Shown: positions 9,755 through 18,416 of the stretch, piece after piece
Layout: each line of letters begins with the position of its first letter
Position numbering within the stretch: the stretch's first letter is position 1
Assembly (NCBI GenBank): GCA_963836315.1
Contig: CAWIJG010000002.1
Coordinates: 1,379,791-1,443,790 of the forward strand
Direction of reading: 5' to 3'
Source: an uncultured Verrucomicrobiae bacterium
GTDB taxonomy: Bacteria; Verrucomicrobiota; Verrucomicrobiia; Palsa-1439
Length of the DNA stretch: 64,000 nt
The notes under the pieces: model-generated
What the model saw: the letters and a program-made list of their open reading frames with translations, nothing else
Database searches by the model: none
Told to the model about the DNA's origin: nothing
Translations under genes and position numbers: made by a program

Positions 9755-10666
9755 TCACCGTTTATTGCTGCTTGGCGTAATCTGTTCGATGGCTGCTTGC
9801 GCTTGTTCTCTTACGGACCGGTCCGGGTCCTGAATCAAGACCGCGAGCGCATTTGTGCCCGCCGGCAAACCGCATTCGCCGAGTGCTTCGGCGGCGAGGC
9901 GCCGGATATCGACGTCTTTGCTTTGGACTCCGTTTGCCAGTGGACTCAAGGCTGCAGGGTCATGGAGCCTGGCTAACGCGACCGCAATCCAGAATTGATC
10001 TGCTGATCCCGCCGATTCCAGAGTGCGCAGCAACAAGGAACGGGACGACTCCTTGGCGAGGTCGTGGAGAGCGCTGGTTGCACTGTAGCGCACGTAACCA
10101 TCCTGATCCGACAGCAACTGAACCAGCCAGCCCACCGCGCGATCATCGCCAATCTTGCCGAGCGCCGTGGCGGCCTCTGCCCGCACGAACCAATTGTCGT
10201 CGGAGAGCAACTGAAACAGCGGCTTGAGGGCCGAAGGGTTGCCGAGCCGGCCCAGGGCGCGCGCGCAGTACCGTCGCACTGCGGGATCCTGGTCATCCAG
10301 AGCGCGGACGATCTCACGGAAACTACCCGCGTTGGGCTGAACCGCAATGAGCTTGGCGGCATTCTCACGGACAATGCGGTCACGATGACGCAGCATCTCC
10401 GCAAGGATAGGCTCGCCGTCGGGAAGTCTCCGCAACGCGACCGCCGCCAGATCGATTTGTTCCTGGCGGAGCAAAACCACGACGCGCATTTGCAAGAAAG
10501 GCGCGGAATCGGGATGTTGCCGAAGATAATCCTGGACTGTGTCGAATGCAGCTTGGACGCGGCCTTCGTCCAAGAATGCATTGGCCCTGCTGAGGGCAGC
10601 ACGCTCGGGGCCCCGCGCGCAGCCGGCGAACAACAGGACGATCATGACTGGAAACAAACGCAGCAT
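9755..10666 (-). CDS. HEAT/PBS-lyase repeat lipoprotein
   Basis: Lipoprotein signal MLRLFPVMIVLLFAGC. Repeated HEAT-like units are present (LLSDDNWFVRAEAATALGKIGDDRAV, LLSDQDGYVRYSATSAL). Confidence 0.7.
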   Translation of the reverse strand: MLRLFPVMIVLLFAGCARGPERAALSRANAFLDEGRVQAAFDTVQDYLRQHPDSAPFLQMRVVVLLRQEQIDLAAVALRRLPDGEPILAEMLRHRDRIVRENAAKLIAVQPNAGSFREIVRALDDQDPAVRRYCARALGRLGNPSALKPLFQLLSDDNWFVRAEAATALGKIGDDRAVGWLVQLLSDQDGYVRYSATSALHDLAKESSRSLLLRTLESAGSADQFWIAVALARLHDPAALSPLANGVQSKDVDIRRLAAEALGECGLPAGTNALAVLIQDPDRSVREQAQAAIEQITPSSNKR

Positions 10667-10796
10667 AAAACGAGTGAACGGATCAGCGTATTGTAATGTG
10701 GCAGGTGCCTCTCATAGACCTGACGTTCCGCATTTTTGTCCGTGGTCGTCAACTGGTCAAGAGTGAACTGCGGCGGTGGAACTACGGGCTTATGGG

Positions 10797-10825
10797 TTGA
10801 CACCTCTTCCAGCGGCCCGTAGAGT
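10797..10825 (+). promoter_or_regulatory. sigma70-like promoter candidate (TTGACA-17-TAGAGT) upstream of polyprenyl synthase
   Basis: TTGACA at 10797-10802, a 17-nt spacer, then TAGAGT at 10820-10825, about 10 nt before the ORF's first ATG. This implies either a leaderless transcript or that the true start is a downstream Met. Confidence 0.3.
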
Positions 10826-10834
10826 AGCCTTACT

Positions 10835-11881
10835 ATGCTAGGGTCGGCAGTGAGCAGGCAAACTTCCCGCACATCGCATTCCGGGCAAGACCTCTTGGAA
10901 TTGCTGGAACCGATTGCGGCTGAATTGCCTCGCGTGGAGATGGCACTGGCCACCCAGGTCAGCGGGTTCGATCCGCGTCTTGGCGAGTATATCCAGTACA
11001 TCTTGGGGGGGGCGGGCAAACGTCTGCGCCCAAGCCTCGCACTTCTGGCAGGAGGCGCCACTGGCGGCATCGCGGAAGAGCATATCACACTAGCAGTCAT
11101 CGTGGAACTCATCCATGTTGCCACCTTGGTGCATGACGACGTCTTGGATGAGGCTAATTTGAGACATTGCCTTCCCACGTCTAACTCCCGATGGGGCAAC
11201 GAGATAAGCGTGTTGCTTGGGGATTGCCTGTTCGCCCATGCTTTGCGTCTTGCTGCAAGTTACCCGACTACGGAAGTGTGTCGCAGAGTCAGTGAGGCGA
11301 CCAATACGGTTTGCTCGGGAGAAATCGTTCAAACACAGCGTCGTTTCGACCTCGATTTGAGCCTGAACCAGTATCTCGACATCATCAACATGAAGACAGG
11401 CGCCCTTTTCGCAGTCAGTTGCGAATTGGGCGCTGTTTTGAACGGTGCGCCCGCCTCGGTCGTCAAATCTATACATGAGTATGGAACTAATTTGGGAATC
11501 GCGTACCAGATTTATGACGATTGCGTGGACATTTTTGGTCAGGAACAGCTGGCCGGCAAATCGCTTGGAACAGATATGAAGAAGGGAAAACTGACGCTGC
11601 CATTTCTGCTGCTGCTGCAACACGTCAATTCGGAATGCCGGGAGGAACTCGGCGCGATGATTCTCCGAAATGATCAACAGGAACAGCAACATTTGCTCCG
11701 TCTCGTCCTCGGCAACGGCGTCGTTGGCGAGTCGTTGGCGGCAATTGACACCTACATTGCTCGCGCTCGAGCCGATCTCGCGGTGTTGCCATCCAACGTT
11801 TACGTCAAAACACTCCGGGCGCTCACAGATTATCTTTCGGGACAAAGCCGGTTGCTTCTTAAGGAAGCGGTCGCGGCGTAG
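10835..11881 (+). CDS. polyprenyl diphosphate synthase (trans-isoprenyl diphosphate synthase, IspB-like)
   Basis: First aspartate-rich motif LVHDDVLDEA and second motif IYDDCVD are present, with GKRLRP upstream. True start may be at Met 36 (10940). Confidence 0.85.
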   Translation: MLGSAVSRQTSRTSHSGQDLLELLEPIAAELPRVEMALATQVSGFDPRLGEYIQYILGGAGKRLRPSLALLAGGATGGIAEEHITLAVIVELIHVATLVHDDVLDEANLRHCLPTSNSRWGNEISVLLGDCLFAHALRLAASYPTTEVCRRVSEATNTVCSGEIVQTQRRFDLDLSLNQYLDIINMKTGALFAVSCELGAVLNGAPASVVKSIHEYGTNLGIAYQIYDDCVDIFGQEQLAGKSLGTDMKKGKLTLPFLLLLQHVNSECREELGAMILRNDQQEQQHLLRLVLGNGVVGESLAAIDTYIARARADLAVLPSNVYVKTLRALTDYLSGQSRLLLKEAVAA

Positions 11882-11917
11882 CCCGTACTGGCTCCAGGGA
11901 CAACCGTCGTCATCATT

Positions 11918-12589
11918 GTGAAACTCAAGGAAACATTCAAACTGGGCAACCGACTGCTGGCTGGGACGAACGCCTCCACGCCCCCTTCGGCGCCCCCGAC
12001 GGAGTGCGGGACCGACTTGCAGCATGAGGACGACGAAGTGCTCGTGCGTCGCACCCAACGAGGCGACAGCGCCGCATTCGATGTTTTGGTGGAGCGCTAC
12101 AAGGAACGGCTGTACGCCACGGTGTACCATATGACGGCCAACCACGAGGACGCCAATGACCTCGTGCAGGATACGTTCATTAAAGCCTTCAAGAGCCTCA
12201 ACAGCTTTCGCGGTCAATCGAGTTTCTATACGTGGGTCTATCGCATCGCGGTTAACCGCACCATCAACTTCGTCAAACGTCGCAAGAACCGCAACCAATA
12301 CAGCCTCGATGATCTGGACAGCTCCATCCAGACCGATCCGGATCTCGTCGAGATGATGTCGCATGTCACACCGCGGCGTGAGGTGGGCCTGATCGAGCTT
12401 CACGAAAAATTGAACGAATCCCTGCAGAAACTGTCTGAACCCCATAGAATGGTCGTGACCATGCATGACATCCAGGGAATGACGCACGCGGATATCGCGA
12501 AGGTCATCAAGTGCTCGGAAGGCACCGTCCGGTCGCGGCTGTTCTACGCCCGGCAGCAGTTGCAGGGATTGCTCAGCGATTATCTGTGA
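11918..12589 (+). CDS. ECF-type RNA polymerase sigma factor (sigma-70 family, group IV)
   Basis: Region 2 (DLVQDTFIKAFKSLNSFRGQSSFYTWVYRIAVNRTINFVKRR) and region 4 (MVVTMHDIQGMTHADIAKVIKCSEGTVRSRLFYARQQL) are both recognisable. Confidence 0.85.
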   Translation: MKLKETFKLGNRLLAGTNASTPPSAPPTECGTDLQHEDDEVLVRRTQRGDSAAFDVLVERYKERLYATVYHMTANHEDANDLVQDTFIKAFKSLNSFRGQSSFYTWVYRIAVNRTINFVKRRKNRNQYSLDDLDSSIQTDPDLVEMMSHVTPRREVGLIELHEKLNESLQKLSEPHRMVVTMHDIQGMTHADIAKVIKCSEGTVRSRLFYARQQLQGLLSDYL

Positions 12590-12594
12590 GTCAC

Positions 12595-13224
12595 ATGATG
12601 GATTGCAAGAAAGCACAAGAATTGTTCGATGATCTCTCACGCGAGCGGCTCGCGCCGGAGACGGCTGAGCAGGTGCGCCAGCACCTGGTGGATTGCACGG
12701 ATTGCCGGGTGCAGGAACAGCGCACGGCTCGCCTGCAACGGCTCCTGGCGCTGAAGCGCTACGAACGGCCCGCCCCGGAGTATTTCGACAATTTTCTTTC
12801 GGAATTTCATAGCCGGGTTTTGGCAGAAACCCGGCGATCGGGACGGTGGGAACGGGCGTTGGGGCATATCGAGGAACTTTTGGCGGTCGAATCGGTGCGG
12901 GTATGGCGTTACCGTTTTGCCAGCGCGATGGGGATGGCAGTCGTCGTGGGGTTGATGTGGATGGGCGTGCGTCAGATGGATGATCCTGCCAGTGTCGCCA
13001 GCCAATCGGCCGAAGCCAGTTCGTCGTTGACCTTTGCGAAGACGGAGCGTTCCACGCCGGGTACGATTGCCGCGTCACTCCCCGGCTCGTTGCAGGTGAC
13101 CCCGGCCGATTACGAGCCCGCGGCGGCGGCTCCCACGCACGCGGACTCCCCGACTCCTCGCTATGTGTTGGATCGCATCTCGGTGACCCCTGCCAGTTAT
13201 GACGTTCCAAACGTCCAGTTCTAG
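12595..13224 (+). CDS. anti-sigma factor with zf-HC2 zinc finger (ChrR/RsrA-like), single TM helix
   Basis: Starts 6 nt after the sigma stop at an in-frame ATG. Motif H-x3-C-x2-C (HLVDCTDC) lies near the N-terminus and a TM helix is at AMGMAVVVGLMWMGV. The track ORF includes an upstream overlap. Confidence 0.65.
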   Translation: MMDCKKAQELFDDLSRERLAPETAEQVRQHLVDCTDCRVQEQRTARLQRLLALKRYERPAPEYFDNFLSEFHSRVLAETRRSGRWERALGHIEELLAVESVRVWRYRFASAMGMAVVVGLMWMGVRQMDDPASVASQSAEASSSLTFAKTERSTPGTIAASLPGSLQVTPADYEPAAAAPTHADSPTPRYVLDRISVTPASYDVPNVQF

Positions 13225-14308
13225 GCGGCGCGCCCCCCTCTGGGTCGCGCTCCTTGTGGCCACGATCCCGACGGCGGTCTTCGCTGCCGGAATGCTCGAA
13301 ACCATCGATCAGGAAGTCACGTCGATTTACGAGAAATCCAGGGACGCGATTGTCAAGATTCACGCCCAGCGCCAATTCCACATCGGCGGGGTCTCGTTCA
13401 TTCCGTCGTACCGTATTGGAACCGGCTTTTTTATCGACCGGGACGGGCACATCCTGACCGCCGCCACGGTGGTGGAGGACGCGGACACTTGTTGGATCGA
13501 TTGGCGCGGCCGGCAAATCAATGCGCGCGTCCTCGGGCGTGACCCCCAAACCAATCTGGCCCTGCTGAAGATCGAACCCGAGTCCGGGACCGCAACGCCG
13601 TTCCTGCTGCAGGGCAATTCCGATGAACTGCGCGTCGGGTCGATGGTGATCGCCATCGGGTTTCCCTACGATATGCCCAGCGAGCCCGTGGTGGGCTTTG
13701 TCGGCGGATTGGATGTTCAACGCGGCGGACATTTGTTCGCCCCCAGTCACATCCGCGCCGAATGCCGCCTGAAACCCGGGCAGGGAGGCGGCCCGTTGCT
13801 CAATGTGCGCGGCGAAGTCGTCGGCATTGCCGTGGCCGCGCATATGGATGACCAATGCTGTGCGCTGCCGATCAACGCCGCGCGCAAGATCAGCGCGGAC
13901 ATTCTGGAATCCGGCCAACCCCAGCATGCCTGGGTCGGCCTCGGCGTTTCGGAGCGGCAGTTGGCCATCAACCCCACGCAATCCAATCAGTGGCAGGTCT
14001 TCATTCAGCAGATCTACTCGAATGCGCCGGCCGCCGTCGCCGGGTTCCGCAACGGCGATATTCTCGTGAGCATTACAAGCAATGGCGTGCATCGTTCGGC
14101 GGACGTTCTCAATACGATGTTTTATCACCGCGTGGGTGATACCGTGGAGTTCACGGTGCTCCGGGATGGTCAGGAGCAAAAGCTCCTGGTCATCGTGGGC
14201 AACCGCCCCCCGGAAGAGGAGCTTGGCCCGCCGTCGATTTCGCAGACGGCCACCCCGCAACGGCAGGGCCAGTGGCCGGCAGTGGTCCCTGCGTCACAAG
14301 AACACTAG
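13199..14308 (+). CDS. HtrA/DegS-like trypsin-fold protein with C-terminal PDZ domain, catalytic triad lost (pseudoprotease)
   Basis: N-terminal signal/anchor, trypsin-fold blocks and a PDZ domain are present. Aligned against DegP motifs, His becomes Thr (HILTAATVV vs TNNHVV), Asp becomes Asn (NLALLKI vs DIALI), and Ser becomes Gly (GQGGGPL vs GNSGGPL). Confidence 0.75.
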   Translation: MTFQTSSSRRRAPLWVALLVATIPTAVFAAGMLETIDQEVTSIYEKSRDAIVKIHAQRQFHIGGVSFIPSYRIGTGFFIDRDGHILTAATVVEDADTCWIDWRGRQINARVLGRDPQTNLALLKIEPESGTATPFLLQGNSDELRVGSMVIAIGFPYDMPSEPVVGFVGGLDVQRGGHLFAPSHIRAECRLKPGQGGGPLLNVRGEVVGIAVAAHMDDQCCALPINAARKISADILESGQPQHAWVGLGVSERQLAINPTQSNQWQVFIQQIYSNAPAAVAGFRNGDILVSITSNGVHRSADVLNTMFYHRVGDTVEFTVLRDGQEQKLLVIVGNRPPEEELGPPSISQTATPQRQGQWPAVVPASQEH

Positions 14309-14313
14309 GCGCG

Positions 14314-15270
14314 TTACTTCTTGCCGACCTTGGCGCGGACGTCGTCGAGTTGGCCCGCGGAGCCAAGCTTCTGATTCTTGTGCGCCATCATCTTGGCGTA
14401 TTCTTCGATATAAATCTTGCCGGGATCGCGCAGGTCAAACTTCTCCGGGTGATCGCGGAAAAACTCGCGATGGACCCGCGTCCATACCAGCCGGCCATCG
14501 GTGTCGATATTGACCTTGCACACCCCCATCTTCGCCGCGGGCAGGAATTCCTCTTCGGGAACCCCGCTCGTGTTGGGCATGTTGCCGCCGGCCTTGTTGA
14601 TGCGATCCACTTCATCCTTCGGCACGCTCGAGCTGCCGTGCATCACCATCGGATACCCCGGCAACAGCTTCTGGATCGCCTCGATCACTTCAAAGTGCAA
14701 CCCGAACTTCTTGCCCGGCTCCGCCTTGAATTTATACGCGCCGTGGCTCGTGCCGATCGCCACCGCCAGTGAATCGCATTTCGTCAGCCCAACGAATTTC
14801 TTCGCTTCCTCAGGATTCGTCAGGCAAACCGTGCCGACGATGTCTTCCTCAACTCCGCCGAGCATGCCGAGTTCCGCCTCGACCGACACGCCCTTCGCGT
14901 GCGCCTTGTCCACCACGCGCTTGGTGATCTCGGCGTTCTTCTCGAACGGCTCATGGCTGGCATCGATCATTACCGAGCTGTAAAACCCGGAATCGATGCA
15001 GTCGTAGCACGTCTGCTCGTCGCCGTGATCGAGATGGACCGCAAAAATCGCCTCGGGAAACACCTGTTCGGAAGTGCGGATCATCGCTTCCAAATACCGC
15101 TTGTCCGTGTACTTGCGCGCGCCCTTGCTGAGCTGGATGATGAACGGCGCCTTGCTCTGGACGTTGCCTTTGAACAGGCCGACCGTTTGCTCCAAATTAT
15201 TGATGTTATATGCGCCGAGAGCGTATTTGCCGTAGGCGATCTTGAACAGTTGTGCAGTGGTGACAATCAT
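14314..15270 (-). CDS. fba: fructose-bisphosphate aldolase, class II
   Basis: Class II FBA-type sequence with N-terminus MIVTTAQLFKIAYGKYALGAYNINNLEQ and conserved HLDHG, Zn-binding His, GTSHGAYK and MHGSSS motifs. Its 3' end is convergent with the protease gene. Confidence 0.9.
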   Translation of the reverse strand: MIVTTAQLFKIAYGKYALGAYNINNLEQTVGLFKGNVQSKAPFIIQLSKGARKYTDKRYLEAMIRTSEQVFPEAIFAVHLDHGDEQTCYDCIDSGFYSSVMIDASHEPFEKNAEITKRVVDKAHAKGVSVEAELGMLGGVEEDIVGTVCLTNPEEAKKFVGLTKCDSLAVAIGTSHGAYKFKAEPGKKFGLHFEVIEAIQKLLPGYPMVMHGSSSVPKDEVDRINKAGGNMPNTSGVPEEEFLPAAKMGVCKVNIDTDGRLVWTRVHREFFRDHPEKFDLRDPGKIYIEEYAKMMAHKNQKLGSAGQLDDVRAKVGKK

Positions 15271-16142
15271 CTCGAATTCTCCTCGTTAAACGACGGGGTG
15301 CCGGGCCATCCTTGCAATGCCGACACTAGCGAACCCCCCGAAGTGCGTCAAACTTCATTTTGGTCCGGTTCAGGTCGCTTTCTTTGGCTTCGCTTTGGCT
15401 TCGGTTTGGTCAAAACCACCCCTTCCGGTGCTTCTCCGGTGCGCTTACCCCCCTCAAAATGGGTTCGGTTTGGTCGACCGAACCCAACCCTCATTTTTCC
15501 TAACATGTTCATGTCGAAATTGTTCAGCGTTTTTCGGTTGGGTTCGCTTCGCAAAAAGGTACTTTTATAGGAAATCCCATCCCCACCGACACCAAACCCG
15601 TTGTAGCTGCGCTTGCCAAGCGCGTGCCGTTTACGGAGCTGCGAGGCGTGTTCGCCCCCCCCTCTGAGATCTCCAATCTGCGATTCCCTTGCCTCTGTAC
15701 GCCGTTCCTCTTATGTCAAACAACTATCGCCATCATACCACCCCCGGCCCACCCCGTCCAGCAAAAAATATCAATTTCCGATAGCAGAGTCCTCGCCACG
15801 TTCCACGTGGTGCCGCCACACCGCACACCTACTCCCGCGGCAATCCAGCCGCTCGCCTGTCGTTGGTAGGGACGCCTCTCCGAGGCGTCCGCTCCGCGCC
15901 GTCTCCGAATTGTAGGCCAACCGGCCCGGTTGGCGCTGTTCCTTCCCAGTTTAGGGCGCGGTGGCCCACCGCGCCGTCCTTTCCCCACTCTTGTGAGCTG
16001 CCCCGCAGTGTAGTAGCGGCCGTCCCCGGCCGCCTTGCCGTTGCGGGGCTCGACCTGCTCCGCGATTTCCCCTCCTTGGAGGGGTCAGGGGTGGGTTTCC
16101 CCAATCCGCGAATTGCCGGAGGAGATCTGCACGAGGGATGTG

Positions 16143-18350
16143 ATGCAAAGTGTGTTGCGGAGTCCCAACAGTTCGAGTAGAAGTACGAAATCCGTGTCAG
16201 CCGATACTCCACACTTGCCAGAAACAACGCGCGCCGAGTTGTCGCCGCAGCCCGTCTCTAACGGATCCTCTGACTCAGCGGAGATGGATCTATTCGTCGC
16301 CAGTTTTCTCGCGCTGTTCGTGGAGCTGACGTTGATCCGTTGGGTGCCCGCCTACGAGCGCGTGTTGGCCTATTTCACGAATTTCATACTGATCGCCGCA
16401 TTCTTGGGATTGGGTCTGGGTGCGATGCTGACGGGGCGAGGGCGCCGCTGGCTTGCCTGGCAACCCTTGGTGCTACTGGGTTTCGTGTCCATCGGCATCA
16501 TGTTCAATCAGTTCGGCATGACCGGCCCGATTCCCGATGACGTGTATTACGCCGAGTACAAACGTCATGTCCTGTGGTTTTTGTCGCTGACCGAGAGCCT
16601 GAGCCTTCTCTTCGTTCTCGTTGCCATGGTCTTTGTGCCTTTTGGGCAACAAATTGGAGCCGGTCTCAAAGCGGTATCCCCGCCACTTCGAGGCTATGTG
16701 GTCAACATTTTGGGCAGCTTGCTCGGAGTGTTGGCATTCACGTTCGTGTCGTTTCTCAACGCGGGCCCTTGGTGGTGGTTCGGCATCGTGATGCTGGGCC
16801 TGTTGTGGTTTGTCCGCATCGATAAAAGCTGGCTTGTCTTGAACACATTGATTGCCGTGGTAACGGTGGTCGTGATCTGGCTGGCTGGAGAAATGTATTT
16901 CTGGACGCCGTACCACACGCTGGGGGTGTATCCGCTGGAATGGAAGGCTAACGGGGACCTGCAGACCCGAGACGAAATGGTTCGCCCCGGGGAACTGCCC
17001 GCCCTCCGTAACGCGCCGGGGTTCCGCATGGAATTGAGCGGCGACTTCTACCAGCAAGCCATGGATTTGTCTCCCCGGTTGCAAGAGGAGCATACCAATA
17101 TAACCAAGACCGTAACCTTTTACGAAACGCCCTTCAACGTGCCCGACTTTCCCTACAACGACGTCCTGATCGTTGGGGCCGGCACGGGCAATGATGTTGC
17201 CGCTGCGTTACGCTACGGCGTGCGGCGCATCGACGCCGTGGAGATCGACCCCGGGATTCTTAACTTGGGGCGGGTCGCCCATCCCGAACAACCGTACAGC
17301 GACCCCCGCGTCCATGTGTTCATTGACGACGCGCGTTCGTTTTTCAATAAGACCCACTCCCGGTATGACATGATCATCTTCGGGTGCATCGATGCTCATC
17401 GTCTCTTCTCGGGCATGTCGTCAGTGCGGCTCGACTCGTTTCTCTACACCATCGAGAGCTTTCAAGAAGCTCGAAGTCTTCTGAAAGACAACGGCATCGT
17501 GGTCGTCAAGCACACCCTGGGAAACATGTACCTCAACCGCCGAATCTTTCATATGTTGACCCAGGCTTTTGGCGAGAAGCCGTACATAAAGGACCCGGAT
17601 CTAACGGCGTGGCCCAGCTTTTTCGTCGGACCGGGTGTGAAGAAATACATCCACAACGCGCAAACCACAGACATTCCGATGGTCAATCCGGCCACGGACG
17701 ACTGGCCGTTTTTCTATCTGGCGGGGCGCAAGGTGCCGCCGGAATATCGTCTGGCTCTTGAAGCCATGGCGCTCATCACGCTCGTGTGCGTCGTTTTCGC
17801 TTCGCAGGGCAAGATGCAAACGGTCAATGGGCATTTCTTCTTCCTCGGCGCCGCCTTCCTGCTCATCGAAACTGTCAGTGTGACCCGCTTCGCCATGCTG
17901 TTCGGCTCGACCTGGGTGGTCAACTCCATCGTCTTTAGCGCGATTTTGATCGTCGTCTTGCTCGCCAATCTGTGGATGAACCGTATTCAGTCATTCAACA
18001 TCCATCTGCTCTACGGGCTGTTGGCCGCCGCTGTTATGATTAACTTTATGTTTCCCATCCACATATTGTTACGCACAGGACTGATCGTGCGCCTCCTTGC
18101 TTCCATGATGCTGATGGCTTCGCCCATCTTTTTTGCCGCTTTTATCTTTGCGCGCTCATACAAACACACGCCGAATGCTGATCTGGCGTTTGCTTCGAAC
18201 CTGCTCGGCGCGGTCATCGGAGGGTTGATCGAGTACAGTTCGCTGGTCATCGGCTTCCGCAAGCTCTGGCTGATTGCCTTGGCGCTTTACGCGCTGTCTT
18301 ACGTCGTCCTGTTTCTACCGACGCGAAAGACGGTAGCTGCCTGCGCGTGA
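16143..18350 (+). CDS. polytopic membrane protein with embedded spermidine-synthase-like (aminopropyltransferase/MTase-fold) domain
   Basis: Multiple TM helices lie N- and C-terminal to a soluble core with VGAGTGNDVAAALRYGVRRIDAVEIDPGI...DPRVHVFIDDARSFF...YDMIIFGCIDAH, which matches the SpeE family. Start chosen at the ATG with a GAGGG SD. Upstream in-frame alternatives exist (16035, 16284). Confidence 0.65.
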   Translation: MQSVLRSPNSSSRSTKSVSADTPHLPETTRAELSPQPVSNGSSDSAEMDLFVASFLALFVELTLIRWVPAYERVLAYFTNFILIAAFLGLGLGAMLTGRGRRWLAWQPLVLLGFVSIGIMFNQFGMTGPIPDDVYYAEYKRHVLWFLSLTESLSLLFVLVAMVFVPFGQQIGAGLKAVSPPLRGYVVNILGSLLGVLAFTFVSFLNAGPWWWFGIVMLGLLWFVRIDKSWLVLNTLIAVVTVVVIWLAGEMYFWTPYHTLGVYPLEWKANGDLQTRDEMVRPGELPALRNAPGFRMELSGDFYQQAMDLSPRLQEEHTNITKTVTFYETPFNVPDFPYNDVLIVGAGTGNDVAAALRYGVRRIDAVEIDPGILNLGRVAHPEQPYSDPRVHVFIDDARSFFNKTHSRYDMIIFGCIDAHRLFSGMSSVRLDSFLYTIESFQEARSLLKDNGIVVVKHTLGNMYLNRRIFHMLTQAFGEKPYIKDPDLTAWPSFFVGPGVKKYIHNAQTTDIPMVNPATDDWPFFYLAGRKVPPEYRLALEAMALITLVCVVFASQGKMQTVNGHFFFLGAAFLLIETVSVTRFAMLFGSTWVVNSIVFSAILIVVLLANLWMNRIQSFNIHLLYGLLAAAVMINFMFPIHILLRTGLIVRLLASMMLMASPIFFAAFIFARSYKHTPNADLAFASNLLGAVIGGLIEYSSLVIGFRKLWLIALALYALSYVVLFLPTRKTVAACA

Positions 18351-18416
18351 GATTGCCGATTGGGGAATTCGAACTCGTTTCGAATTTCGGAATTCGAGAT
18401 TCGAGTTTGTCCCCCA

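Noticed and set aside
11090-14260. 1056-aa minus-strand ORF
   Set aside because: It runs antisense across four well-supported plus-strand genes (polyprenyl synthase, ECF sigma, anti-sigma, HtrA-like). Its translation is Arg/Gly/Pro-rich low-complexity text with no motifs, a typical high-GC antisense artefact.
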